DNA of 64,000 nt from Candidatus Moraniibacteriota bacterium (GTDB lineage: Bacteria; Patescibacteriota; Minisyncoccia; Moranbacterales; UBA1568). The DNA is taken from contig CP064989.1 of NCBI GenBank assembly GCA_016699875.1, forward strand, positions 584,788 to 648,787. Direction: 5' to 3'. The position numbers and the translations under genes are program-made. Below are positions 63,900 through 64,000 of the stretch, in pieces; positions within the stretch are counted from its first letter, which is position 1, and each line of letters opens with the position of its first letter. The notes beneath the pieces were generated by a model. That model was not told the DNA's origin and made no database searches. It saw only the letters and a program-made list of their open reading frames with translations.

Positions 63900-64000
63900 G
63901 AAGGTTGACCCGACAGACGAGTGGTGGCGGATCTTTTCAAGAATAAGCGGGAGGTCTTCAAGGCGTGACCGGGATTGGACGATATCGTCCGGCGTGACGA
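63897..64000 (-). CDS. 3' end of an unidentified minus-strand gene (partial)
   Basis: Open frame '...SSRRTISSNPGHALKTSRLFLKRSATTRLSGQPS*' running in from beyond position 64000. Confidence 0.3.

Noticed and set aside
1-64000. CRISPR arrays, rRNA and tRNA genes
   Set aside because: No regularly spaced direct repeats with unique spacers. No T-loop (GTTCGAATC-type) or anticodon-arm signatures. No rRNA-conserved blocks were seen on reading both strands.

Overview
This 64-kb window reads as bacterial chromosome that includes the replication-origin neighbourhood. Gene content suggests a Patescibacteria/CPR-like or similarly reduced organism, but that is inference only.

The origin signature is a minus-strand jag/khpB-yidC-rnpA-rpmH block diverging from plus-strand dnaA ... 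dnaN - DciA-like gene. Consensus DnaA boxes sit in the rpmH-dnaA spacer, including a perfect TTATCCACA at 28478-28486. An unexpected 637-aa polytopic membrane gene sits between dnaA and dnaN.

Housekeeping genes include uvrD/pcrA, a xerC-like tyrosine recombinase, class-A PBP1A, ruvB, ruvC, yebC and a surface-glycan cluster (two GT2 glycosyltransferases, a Wzx flippase and two Wzy/O-antigen-ligase-like proteins). A partial UbiA-family prenyltransferase lies on the minus strand at the 5' edge and was missed by the ORF track.

Four accessory blocks stand out:
- 6.6-20.5 kb: a low-GC, co-directional, translationally coupled operon resembling a Gram-positive-type type IV secretion/conjugation or DNA-uptake apparatus. 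It has a VirB6/TrbL-like protein, a VirB3-like mini membrane protein, a VirB4 ATPase split into two same-frame ORFs by in-frame stops, two cell-wall hydrolases (LysM-CHAP, and a Cys-rich/pilin-like/NlpC-P60 fusion), a huge surface protein and a TolB-like beta-propeller. It is flanked by the xerC-like recombinase.
- 48.2-54.0 kb: a minus-strand operon directly upstream of PBP1A encoding a 7-TM protein, three ATP-grasp (RimK-like) ligases (one fused to a retropepsin-like 'Zn_protease' domain with a DTGA motif) and an HExxH zincin peptidase. This is a predicted peptide-ligation/peptide-tag system of unknown product.
- 60.6-63.7 kb: a single 1012-aa ORF made of two complete, tandemly fused GspE/PilB secretion-ATPase units.
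- 39.9-42.9 kb: a high-GC (~60% versus ~50% backbone) island of hypothetical proteins, bracketed by orphan promoters/terminators (candidate ncRNAs) and an AbiEii-type toxin-antitoxin pair.

Other points: a giant 1329-aa hypothetical protein preceded by a promoter-terminator leader; a DUF1003 membrane protein with ~10 tandem 21-bp (heptad) repeats; and a pair of paralogous hypothetical genes, one broken by a frameshift. No rRNA, tRNA or CRISPR array was recognised. All coordinates and motifs come from reading the sequence and ORF track by eye; no searches were run.
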